Source of the DNA: Adineta vaga
Taxonomy: Eukaryota > Animalia > Rotifera
Length of the DNA: 64,000 bases
Direction: 5' to 3'
Assembly: GCA_021613535.1 (NCBI GenBank)
Contig: CP075492.1
Location: 11,160,001 to 11,224,000 of the forward strand
Both the position numbers and the translations under genes were made by a program. Shown piece after piece: positions 13,090-28,306 of the stretch. Numbering within the stretch: the stretch's first letter is position 1; every line of letters starts with the position of its first letter. Below the pieces are notes generated by a model. The model did not search any database. It was not told where the DNA came from and was given only the letters and a program-made list of their open reading frames with translations.

Positions 13090-15232
13090 ATGTCGCTTAT
13101 CGAGAAGGTCAGTTGTCATAGAGATCGATTGAACATAGTCCAATCTTGTTCAAAGTTCATCTTATGTATATTCTCAGTTACTAACAAGTATGTCGAAAGG
13201 AGTTGTTCATCGAAAATCAACTTCAAAGAAACAATATGATCGAAATGTATGATAGAATCTACTTTCTTTCTTTTGAACTATTCCGATTGTTTTTAGTCAA
13301 TACATGTTGATCGAATAAGTGATGATGAAATGGTAGATATTTCCTTAGTAATTAATACGATTGGTTTTCTCTTTTGAGAAATATATATTTACTATAGAAT
13401 CGACGAAAATTATGTTATCAATTAATTGAAAAAGAAAAACAACGAAATTTAGCAACGAATGATTGTGAGAAAAATCAATTGGAAATGTTACGAGATATAC
13501 TTTTGAAAAATCAAAATGTAAGAATCAATTTTTTTAAGTAAAGGACTTTGTATCTGAATATATATATTTGTTATTAGATTAATGAAGTAAGATGCAAATC
13601 AAATCGCTCAGATAGAACAATATCGAAAACTAATCCTGTAAGCTGAAACAAATTATCTTGAATGAATGGATTACGATTTTACTTTTAGAAAAGCGATGGT
13701 AAACATACCTCTATGCAGAAAATAAGGTAAGATTATCTAATCGAAGAATCATGAGAAGAAAACTAGATGTCATCTTCAATCAACTAAAATCCCTTACCAG
13801 ATAGTTCATAGAACTATTATTCTCATTATTTAGACCTGCATCCGCGAAAAACTACACTTCAACGAATATTGCCAACTGTAATCAATTCGAAGGTTCGGGA
13901 AATATAGCATATGTAGATAATCTATCAATGAATTCTACTGAAGAAGAGCCAGTTGGAAATCATTCTAATCGTCACAGTCGTTTACATGTAAGAAATGATC
14001 AAAAACATCCAATTATACGTTCAACAAGTGTTTATTCTGAATCAAATGATGGTCGATCAATGAATAAGGTTTCATTTAATTCTCATACAGAAAAATGTAC
14101 TGATAATGAATCGAATATGAATACTTCACCAATCCAATTGAGAAAAGTAAACATTTATTTATTAAGATCTATTTGAACGGCATTATTTTTTTTATTTCAG
14201 TTACTTGATCATCTTTCTATGGAATTAAATGATTTAGAATCAATGACAGGTTATAAACCAAATCGACATGATTTATCATCAAATACATGTAGTTTTGCAT
14301 TGACTAATGCACTGATAACTCTTACAGGACATGTTAAACAAGTAGAGAAACATTTGTTGAACTATTCTCTTGCAAATCAATATTTTCTTTTAGTGTACGC
14401 CAACATCAAAAGGAAAACAAGAACTTAACACTCTTAAAGATCAATTGTCACTTGTAATCAAAACTCAATTGGATTTTCAACAAAAGATTGAAAATCAAAT
14501 GACAACAATACAAACAATGATGCAAACTATATGTCAACTGATTAATCATGAAATCATATCGAATAGAAAATGTATGGATTCTTTTTATTGACTTACAAAA
14601 AGAATGATTTCTGATATTTTAGCTTGTTCATCTCATCATGAACGAAATCAATCGGATGATCAAGCTCGTCAGAATTGGGTTAATAATGTGCAAAAATCAT
14701 ATGTTATACCAAAAGAGATGAATAATGGAATGGAAGATCTACTTATGATTGCTCGACAAATGACTCATGGTAAAATATTGGATGCATCAAACGATATTAA
14801 TCATGATTCTGCTTATAACGAAGCTTTACAAACATCGAAGAATGAGGTAAACGTATCAAAGCAACGTTCTACTGTGGCTACTCCAGTCGAAGCTCCGATG
14901 ACGTACAATGTATTTGCATCAGGTCTTCTTTCTCAAAATTCATCGATCAATATACATCGAAATGAAATGGATAGTTCGAATGGAACAGGAAATACAATGT
15001 CATTTCCATCGAAGGTTTACTTGATCATATCGTTAATTCATTTCTATTTCTATTTTGTCTTTAGAATGAATCATTATTAGAAAAGATCTTTCACGAACGC
15101 CTTCGTTTAGCTCAACAAATGACTGAATTAAATAAACAACATAATACAACACAAGAAGAATTAGCTGATCTCGAAGCTAAAACGAGACAATCACGACCAA
15201 TAAATCAAAAATCAAATGAAGATAAGACATAG
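13090..15232 (+). CDS. SPICE1: Coiled-coil protein, probable spindle and centriole-associated protein 1-like (multi-exon)
   Basis: Exons chain from MSLIEK|LLTSMSKG. EKNQLEMLRDILLKNQNINEV and ELNDLESMTG...SFALTNALITLTGHVK resemble remembered SPICE1 blocks. C-terminal coiled coil. Similarity is weak. Confidence 0.5.
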
Positions 15233-16053
15233 TTAACATGACGGCTTAATTTAAATTTCAAAATTGACTCCCAATTGTATGAGAGTTTGTGAATTTGCAG
15301 TAGTATTTTGTATGATAATCATTTTATTTGATGAATCTTAGCAATTAGTTTGAATTTTTCATCACAGTGAAGGATAGAAAATCTTCTATGTACATTTAAA
15401 ATAAACACGAAACTTTTAGCTTGATTCCCTAAGGATAAATATTTGATCTTCTTACTCTCTAGTAATATTATCTTTATCAAAAATTAAATTAACCCAAAGG
15501 ATGAATAGTACCATTGTCGCCCATTGGCTATAATAAACAGATTGAATGTGCTAGTGAGCATAACCTTCGTGGGTTTTTTTTTGTTGCAAAAAAAATGAAG
15601 AAAAAACGAACAAAAGTCAGTAGTGTGATCCACAAAGAATGTCTAAACAACAGGTACATCGAAATAAAGAAGAAAAACGAAAGAAATTTTGTGTAATATA
15701 TATGTATTTATATATATATATTTCTTTTGTCTTTCACACATATTAACCAATTGAGTCAACACCATCATCATAAATATAGTGGAACATTCAAGTACAAGTT
15801 AAGAAAAAGAAAAGCATATTTGTAAAATGAATTCTCGCTGTACAATCAATAAAAGATCCAGAGGAGAAGAAAAGAACACCAACAACGAGAAGATATAGCT
15901 GAAGAAGAGAAGAAAAAGAAAATAATAAGAATAACAACAACAACATGAAGATAACAATAAAAGAACGAAAGCAGCCCAGGTGTTCGTTTTTGATACTTGA
16001 TATGAGTGTGAAACAGGAGAAAAAAAATAAATCTTTAATAAATCTCATTAGTA

Positions 16054-19345
<3,292 letters not shown>

Positions 19346-19595
19346 CTTGAGAGTTTGTACTGAAGGGAATTCTTCAGTCTAGTCATTATCTGAAATACAA
19401 TGAAAAGAAAAGAAAGTATACTAATTTAGTTCTAGAAATTATTCTGAAATAATCAACTAAGAATCTTTTGGAATCTTGATTTGCTTTTTATTAAGATGAA
19501 TGAAGAGAAGGAGAAATAGAAGAAAAAAAAATAAAAGTAACAAATGTAAATACGCAACAATGTCTAATTGTTTTTATTCCGTTGAACGGAAAGAT

Positions 19596-21690
19596 TTAAA
19601 AATCATCCTCATCATCAGCCATTTCTTTTGCATATTCTAATTCTTCCTGTTCACGTTCACGTCGTTCCTGAAGAAAAAAATCAAAAGATTGTTCTTTAAA
19701 TGTCATTCAATCAATTTACTTGAGCTGTTTCTAAATCTTCATTGTATTTTTTTGGTGGATAACGCATTGCTTTAACGGCTTCATTATGTACTTTAAGACA
19801 GAATTCTATACGTTGATGAAATGCACTCATTGGTTCACGTGTCGTATAAACATCAACAATTTCACGTGATTGAACATAACCTTGATCATGATTAATAGTT
19901 GCTTCTATTACTCCATCACGAATAGCCTAAAAATAAGAATAGAACATCATTTATTTATATTCATATTCAGATTAATATGTTTCAACCCACTTTAGCAACG
20001 ATATATTCTGCATCTTCAGGTGAATCAAGTTGTAGTTTTTGTGCAACATCACTAAATGAAATCTTTGCATACGATAAACTAATCATTTTAATGCCTGCTT
20101 TGATCACATTATGTCGTAATCTAGAATATTTCATGAATGAAATAATTGATTCAAACAAAAACATCATACGAACCGAATGATAAGTGACCATGTTTTTTCT
20201 TGTTGAAAACGTTCCGAAAATACTTCGAGAACTTCTTTAAATCGACTTAAATCACCAGCACGTACAGCTATACATCGAAAACAAACACATGTTCAAACAA
20301 ATGACCAATATATTCGATGAAAATCATCTTACCCAATGTTAATTGATAGTATGGATCTAATGAACGTTTCAATTGAGGATTTTCAAATGCTGCTTTATCA
20401 GGAATATCTCCAAGAAGTAATTCCACCGTAATGAGAAATTTATGAGCCTAAATCAAACGAATAAGTATCGTTTAACACATTCCTTAGTATTTACATTTTG
20501 TCGAAAACCAATGGCTGTTTGTTGAGGAGCTTTTCTTATGGCTGTTAATAAATGTTGATGAGCTTTGGTATATTCCAATTGCATGGCACGTATACGACCT
20601 ATGAAAACACAATTAAACATTATTGTTTCGAATGAATTTTTCCTACCAAGATAATACAAATATCGAGCCCATTCATTATTTGATGCATGATCTGGAAAAA
20701 CCGATTTCAATACAAGTTTTTGTGCTTGACTATATAAATTATAGTGAAGATAATTTCGTAATAATAAATTAATCAATACAGCAGTGCCTTCGAAATCACT
20801 ACGTAATGTTGCTGTACGTAATCGACTATGTAGAAATCTAAAAATTAAAATATTTCCATTTGATCAAATAGATTTAAGATTTTTTGATAAAACATACGGT
20901 CGAATTGTGTCAAGCATATTATTTAATTCAAATATACGCGCATAATAAAAATAACATTTAGCAGCAAGAAGATCAAGTGTTCGCCGATTAAGAACACTTG
21001 TTTTATCCATAAGTCGTTTTGCGCAATCTAATGCCTTTGAAATAGAAGAGTTTGTTGAGAAAATCAACTTCTATTAACTAAAACAAAATAACGAATGCTT
21101 ACTGATTTTAATGAATTTCGATCGATTAAATAGAGAAGTACGAGTAAATGAATGTATAAGTCAACTTCTGGTAAAGCTGCTGCACGCGTTCGTGAAGTTT
21201 GTGGACGCGATGTTGTATGTTTTTCACCAGCTGGTGTGGGTGTACTTGGTTTTTCCATATCTACATCCATTGACTGAAAAAAAACTAAATGTAAATTTGT
21301 TGATTCGGATAAATTTGAACTAACCTGAGATGCTGAATGAGCAAATCCGAGTAGAATTTCTTTTTCACTAGGATTTGATCCATAATAGAATGAAATTAAA
21401 CGACGGATAATATCTTCACTAAGACGTTTTCGTGTAGATGCAAGTGCACGTAAAACACGAAGAATATATCGGGGTTCTTTCGAATTAACAGCTTTTTCAA
21501 TTGTTCGAATTTGTTCTTTAATATCTATTGAATGAAAGATTGGAAAAAAAAGTATGATTTATTTTTCTTAAATTTCTTTGAACTCACCATCTAATGTTAA
21601 TGTATTGGCATCTTTGGATGTCGCTGTTGTGTTCGATGTAGTTGTTGCTGTATCAGCTTCTTTCATTTCAACATCATTTAATTCGACCAT
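19596..21690 (-). CDS. PSMD3: 26S proteasome non-ATPase regulatory subunit 3 (Rpn3; multi-exon)
   Basis: [66 protein letters not shown] and C-terminal EMADDEDDF*. Confidence 0.97.
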
Positions 21691-22174
21691 GATTAAGAAG
21701 ATGAAAAATTTGAGAAAGTCCTAGAAATATTTTAATTTGAAATAAAAAATAAATGAAAGAAAAAAAGAAGAAAGTCCGAACCGAATCGATGAATTATGAG
21801 TCATTGGACAGAACAAATAAACAAATGTAGTTAATTGGTTGACAGTTTAACATCAATCATAGATTATCAAAAGATGTCAGTAAAGAAAGATGATAGAGAA
21901 GAACAAGTAGTTACAGAGCATTTATTTATTACTGAAATTGAGAAGTCTTTTGAAAACTGGATAGCATCTTCAAAAGTTATTTTCAGGAGTGAAAAACAAA
22001 CTTTGGTTTAGATAATTCATGTAACATTAATTGACATGTAAGGCTATCTATCGTCATCATTGATTGGTATATCCAAACCAATAAATAATGTTCTTTCTGA
22101 AATAATAATATAACGGACTGACTTGATACTAACCAGTCTGATCAATCAAAAAAAAACGGGAACTTTGTTTTATC

Positions 22175-23021
22175 ATGGCACCAAAAAAATCAACTCAAGT
22201 GGCAATGACATCTCAAGTTTCAATGGATGCAAGTAGTTCAGATGATTACGATGATAATGATACGACAATCGGCGATGAAGCAAATATTAAACAAATTATT
22301 TGTGCATCAATTCAATATCTACTAGTTCATAGTTCGAAACCTCAGGTTATCAAACGACTTGATTGGATTAATACAGTACTTCGACCAATGGGTTTTGATG
22401 GAAGAAAATATTTTCCTACTGTACATAAACATGTTGTGAAAGTTTTAAATGATACATTCGGTTATAAACTTGTTTCGGATGAAAAACATGATGGTCAGTT
22501 TCGATAGAATAAATTAAACAAAGAATACATATATGAATGTCATTATTATAGGTTTTATCTTAGTCAATGCATTAAAACAAGGTCCACTTGAACGTCGACC
22601 TTTAGCAAATCCTAGTCAATATTCTAAATATGCTTTATTAATGATCGTTGTTGCTTGTTTAAAACGAGCAGGTGGTGAAATGGCAGCAGCTGATTTTTGG
22701 GGAATACTTGGTGAAACATTTTCTATTCGTAATGATGAATCAACACGTTTAGCAATAAATCAACATAAAATATTTGGTGATGTACAAAAATTAATTAAAA
22801 CTGATTTTCCTAAAGAAGGTTATTTGATCTTTGATCAAGACAAAGATTTCACCGGTGATACACCAGCACAAACTGTTAAACTTGGATTTCGTGCTCAACA
22901 GGAATTTCCTGATGAAGCATTAGAAGAATTTATTGAAAAAGTTGCCGAATATGGAATTGAAAGTGATAAAGAGGATGACAATAATATTGATGATGATATT
23001 GCTATGGAAGATGATGATTAA
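22175..23021 (+). CDS. NSMCE3: MAGE-homology-domain protein (NSE3/MAGE-G1-like SMC5/6 subunit; 2 exons)
   Basis: VLNDTFGYKL, GFILVNAL, ALLMIVVACL, HKIFGDVQKLIKTDFPKEGYL and GFRAQQE correspond to MAGE winged-helix motifs. Confidence 0.78.
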
Positions 23022-23081
23022 ATAGAAACAAATATAAATAGATATATACATATATTATTTTCTTTTTTTTGTATATTGTAG

Positions 23082-25103
23082 ATGACAACAATAAAATTTG
23101 ATACAGTAAGACTTCAATTCGAAAAGGTTTGTTTTCTCTAAATCTTCGAGAATAGATCGATTATTTCGAGTGTATTTTCATCTAGTTTCTTTACTCAATT
23201 GGCAATATTCTAACGAGTGAAAATGAAACTAATATTATTCAAAATAAACTTCGACGTCATTTTAATACAACAACATCAGATTATTTGTGTTCAGATGAAT
23301 TCATAACATCACTAAATCACATACAAAATCTCTTTGTCGAAAATAATGAATCAACAAAATTCTTTACGCTATTAGCTTCATTCGATGAACAATTGAAAAA
23401 GCATTCAATAAAATTGCAAAGGTAGATTTATTCATAAGTGTTTTATTAGAAGATTCTCTCCCAGCTTGAGTGTATATTCGTAATTAAATTTCTGTTTAGA
23501 ACGACTGTTCAAACGTCAGATGTTGCTTCTTCCATAACTCTATCTCTCAAATCTGAATTAGCCAACGAAAGGATTGAAAAAACAACCTTACCATTACCAG
23601 AAACAACTGAATCAACGATTGAATTTGAATTTTCAATAACAGCAGTTCAGGAACTACTTGAGAATCTTCTTGATCAATGTTGTAATATTTCCTCCCAATC
23701 AACTGTTATTCCAAAAGAAACATCAATAACAACAGATGTACAGCATGAAAGAAAAATTAGAAAATTAGAACGACGATTGAATCGTTTATCTCGAATGATT
23801 CGTGATTTAGAAGAAAAAGACATGTCACTGGAAGAAATGGGTCATTGTGATTTATATCTTGTAGAATCGAATTTGAAAAAACAAGCATGTGAAGTATGAC
23901 TTAACGAAAATCTTCTTTTTTCTTAAATTCTCTATCGAAAAAAATATATTTAGATGTATGCAAAACTTTCTGACCTAAAAAAACAAACACCATCGACCGA
24001 AAGAATTATACATCAACCGATTGCACTTAATAGTAATTAGTTTAACATCAGTCTTGTTTTATATTCTATTTTCTGTTATATAAAGATTCAGAAAGTGATC
24101 ATCCATTAATTACAAAAGATTTGGAAGCCATGGTTAATCAATCGAAACATTTCCCATCGTTTAGTGATGTTCTCGAGACGGTAGAGAAAGCTAATGAGAA
24201 GTATCAACTTCATCTGAAGTAGGTCAAACTTATTTATTTTGAATTCTATTCAATAGAAGCATGTTTTAGTGAAGAATATCGACGTAAATTAGCAGAAAAA
24301 TCTTTTAAAATCATTGGAAAACAAATTAAAGATCGACGTATGGCTGATTTTAATGATATTATGAATAGTCGACTTCCAGAAGGTTTTAAGTATGCGAATT
24401 GAATTTGAAATTTGATAATGATCATTAATTTCCTTTTCTCGTATTTTTAGTATTGAACAAAATGATCCAGCAATAGATAATGCTGAAATTACACAAGTTT
24501 TACTTGAAAATGAACGTGAAGCAATAATCAAAACTGAAAAAGTAAATAGATAAAACATCTTGATTGAAAATATAAACTAAGGATTACTTTTATTTATAGA
24601 TTTTCGAAGAATTTTCACAAATCACACCGGATCCAGACATTGAAATCAATCTTGAAAACACCGATGTCGAATCAGGAAATGAAAGTGATGAACATCTTGA
24701 ATTAGACATTGTTGAAGAACGAACTGGAAATCAAGATGATGCTATGGAAATAAATCAAGCATCTGAAACAACGACTTCTGTGGTACCAACATCTGAAATA
24801 TCATTTGTTGATCGAACATTAACAATCTTAACAACGGCTTCATTACCAACAAAGCCAACAACATATGACGGTCGAGAGTCAGATATTTCTACTGAATGTG
24901 AACCACAAACATTAACACCGCGACGTAAACAAACTTTAACAGATAATGAAATTATTTACAAATTGTATAGAGAAAGATTAACAAATAATGCATCACCCGT
25001 ATCAGCTGATGTTGTATCAAAACGACCTTTATCACGAGCTGATGATAATTTAAATGTAAAAAAAACGAAACGACAAATACCAGAGTTGATTGTTTTGGAC
25101 TAA
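23082..25103 (+). CDS. DAXX: Death domain-associated protein 6 (H3.3 chaperone; multi-exon)
   Basis: N-terminal helical bundle (YLCSDEF...DEQLKKH). Histone-binding domain ERKIRKLERRLNRLSRMIRDLEEKDMSLEEM, FPSFSDVL, DPAIDN. C-terminal SIM-like IPELIVLD*. Confidence 0.88.
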
Positions 25104-25905
25104 CAACTAAACTTTTATATAAGAATGTATTTACTTTGTTATATTCATTTTCTTTTGCTGTCACGTATATATATATACATATATATGTAAAATATAATCT
25201 GAGGTATTATCAGATAGAGTAGGTCATCACTAGTCTCGACATGTGATGTTCAGAATCGAGCTCTAAATCAAGTCTATATTTGTGGATAATTTAACAATTA
25301 AATAAATTCGAGTCACTAAATCTATCAGCTCCTGTTAGAATTTGATAATAATTGAAGATGAGGTATTATTAGCTACATCGTATCTATACTTTAAATATCC
25401 ATCAACGATATCAGGTAAATTTGTACTTTTGTATCATATTTGTCGAATTCACGGTTTAGTCCCATTTCATCGAAAATGCCCTCTGCGGCACCCACACTAC
25501 TCTGTGATGTGCTTTGATGTATATGCCGTGTAATCTGTGAGTTTCGTGGAAACAGGACAATACCATCTTCACCATATGAACACCAAGTCTATGTGATCAA
25601 GCAACTGATGATATTCATGATATAGTTGAAATGATAATTTCCATACATGTGTTTAAACAATCAAAACAACGATCTATTCATGGACACGTTTGTGTAATTC
25701 ACACTATTCTTAACGTGATTGCCGATCCTGATTCATCAGATGATTTAAAATAATAGAATAACAATTTTCTAACTTCATCGAAAATAATGTAACTATGGTG
25801 TACTTAAAAGTTTCGTTTTTTCTTCTCCTATTGATTGATTATCATTGAGTGTACATATTTATATTCGAACTCAATCAATTGAAATAAAAAAAAGAAACTG
25901 CTTAG

Positions 25906-26960
25906 CAATACTTCATCGAGATGCGTCGCATCATCGACAGCATCATCAAAGTGTCATTATTTTTTCCTTATTCGACATGGAATATATCTATCGACAAACA
26001 ATCAAGATAATGGTCTAATTGAACTTGGTAAACAACAGGCAAGAATCTTTTTCTCTCTATGCTGAACTTTGTAAAGTAAAATTTTGAATTCTACAGGCAT
26101 CTGCAGCAGCTGAAACGATTGATAAACTTGCACGTTCATTGGAAAGATCTACAACTCGAATTCTTTTCACATGTTTAATTCATTCGGGTTATAAACGAGC
26201 TTATCAAACAGGTACAATAGCTGGTCATCGTCTCGAAGAAATGCATCGACTTGAACGATCATTTGACAAAATTTTTAAACGTTATAAATGTTGGGGAGAA
26301 ATTCATTCGCTTGAACGTTGTCAACAACGTTGGCATAAAATCCAACGTTTATTCTTTTCTCTATCATCAAATTCGAATATATCAACGAAAAATTATATTA
26401 TTTTTTCACATGGTAATCTTCTTAGTGGAATTCTGACATTTCTTATGTCTGGTGCATCGTGGGATCATTGGGAATGGGGTAATATCGTGCCACATTGTTC
26501 AGTATCAGTTTTATCTTATAAACCAGGCGATCTATTACCAGAAATTGTTTTAACACCTTTTCAAATATCGAATCAATCATTACCGATAACAATTAATAAT
26601 ATAAATCCACGAAAAATGCGGTTGCATGAAATGATTACAACGAATACAATTGATGAACAAAACTGGACATTGATCATTAATTCAATTATTCCTGTGAATT
26701 ATTAGACATTTTCTTATAAATTCTCATGTGAAAATTATAATTCTCTCTAGGAACGTGTGGTTGGCTCATATATAGATCAACTTTCACGCGTTTCCGAATT
26801 CATTCCAGGAAATGCAGAAGAAGCACGTTATATGTTGTCGATTTTTCAGCAGTACTATACACAGATGAGAACAACAAACAATAAATTCGATTCAAATTCT
26901 GATAGTGACAATGAAGATAACGACAATGATGATGATGAGACAAATGAAGACACTTACTAA
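25906..26960 (+). CDS. Histidine-phosphatase (PGAM5-like) protein; 5' end unresolved
   Basis: YFFLIRHG motif, GLIELGKQQ|ASAA, HSGYKRAYQT and IIFSHGN. Requires a GC-AG intron at 26039-26096. Acidic C-terminal exon. Confidence 0.7.
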
Positions 26961-27473
26961 ATGTATTCACTGATCAATTTAGATGAATATAGAGAATCAT
27001 TTCTAATAAATTTTTATAAATAGAAACATAATAGCTTGAAAATTGAATTATACTATTCATTTCAGTCTCACTAAAACATTATCATTCATCGAACATTTTC
27101 TTCGTCATAATTAAAGACGAGAATTTTCATTGTGATTGATTTGTGTCATTGATTGAGAATACAATATAATACTTTGGTGCTCATGCATTGGACGTAAGCA
27201 AATGCTTTTATTCTTATATTTTGTAATCATAAATATGTTCTACTTTTATATGATTATTCTTTATCTAGAGATATCATTCTTGATCTCTCATGTATAACCT
27301 AAGTTTTGTATTTGATACGGATGTAAAATGATATCTCACACGTTAATTATATTTGAACTTAAACACTTCGAAAGAAAACGGATGTATGATCAATATTTTG
27401 TTAACGACAACTAAAACTAACATAAAAGGTACATGGAGAATTTTTTTTATTTTAACCTTTAACAATTAAAAAT

Positions 27474-27833
27474 CTAATGATTCTTATTGATTGATTGTTG
27501 ACTATCAGATGGCGTATTTCCGAAAAGAAAACCCATTTTTACGCCTTCTCCACAATCGCAATCACAACCTGTAAGTTACATTTTATTCATTGAATTATAT
27601 TTCAACACTTTCGAACACTCACGTATATCATATTGTGATTGTTCCATTTGTGTCATAAGTGCCGAGAGAAAAGCTGCTTGAGGAATATCATTTTGTCTAT
27701 AGATATCTTCTGCTCGTCGTTTATTTGCATTACAATTACATGAACAATCAGTAAAACGAAAATGAAATCGTTCACTAGCTTCTATATTTGAATCTTTATT
27801 GCTAATTGTTGTTGAACTTGAACTAGAACCCAT
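27474..27833 (-). CDS. Small orphan protein with N-myristoylation-like start and two CxCxC motifs (2 exons; intron 27569-27622)
   Basis: MGSSSSS...DCSCNC...YDIR|CDCDCGEGVKMGFLFG...NKNH*. GTGAGT donor and TTACAG acceptor bound a 54-nt intron that keeps the frame. Confidence 0.6.
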
Positions 27834-28306
27834 AGTAGATATTTAATAAACGAATGATAAAAAATAAATAATTTCTTTTTTTCTTCAAAAAGATATCTAT
27901 CAAGCGCGCGAATATTAAACTTCATATAAGAATAAAACAAAAAATCATGACTGTATTTATGAACAGATGTCAATATTTTTTTAATGATATTAATTGGTAT
28001 GATAAAATTGACATTTTTTGTCTGCATATTTATAAAAAATAGATTACATACAGACACAATCATGCTTTTCTTCTCTGCATAGTTTCAGTTAGTTCAATAT
28101 TATCTTTAGTTAAACATTAATAAAAGAAAATTTTACGTTGACAGATTAGAGAAAAAGCTTTGATATACGTGCGCATTTAACAGTGGACAAAAAAAAAGCG
28201 ACAATCAGATTCTGTCTATCAGGTAGAGCAAATATTAATAATGAACATTTAACAATATATTATTTCAGATAGAAGCAGTGACTATAGTCGTACGTTGGAT
28301 TTCAAC

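Noticed and set aside
25320-25753. Slightly GC-richer segment with short frames, possible gene relic or ncRNA
   Set aside because: Frames are interrupted by stops; no homology or convincing structure is recognisable by eye.
25921-25923. ATG as the start of the PGAM5-like gene
   Set aside because: Out of frame with the RHG motif unless the T-run at ~25960 is miscalled; the true start is unresolved.
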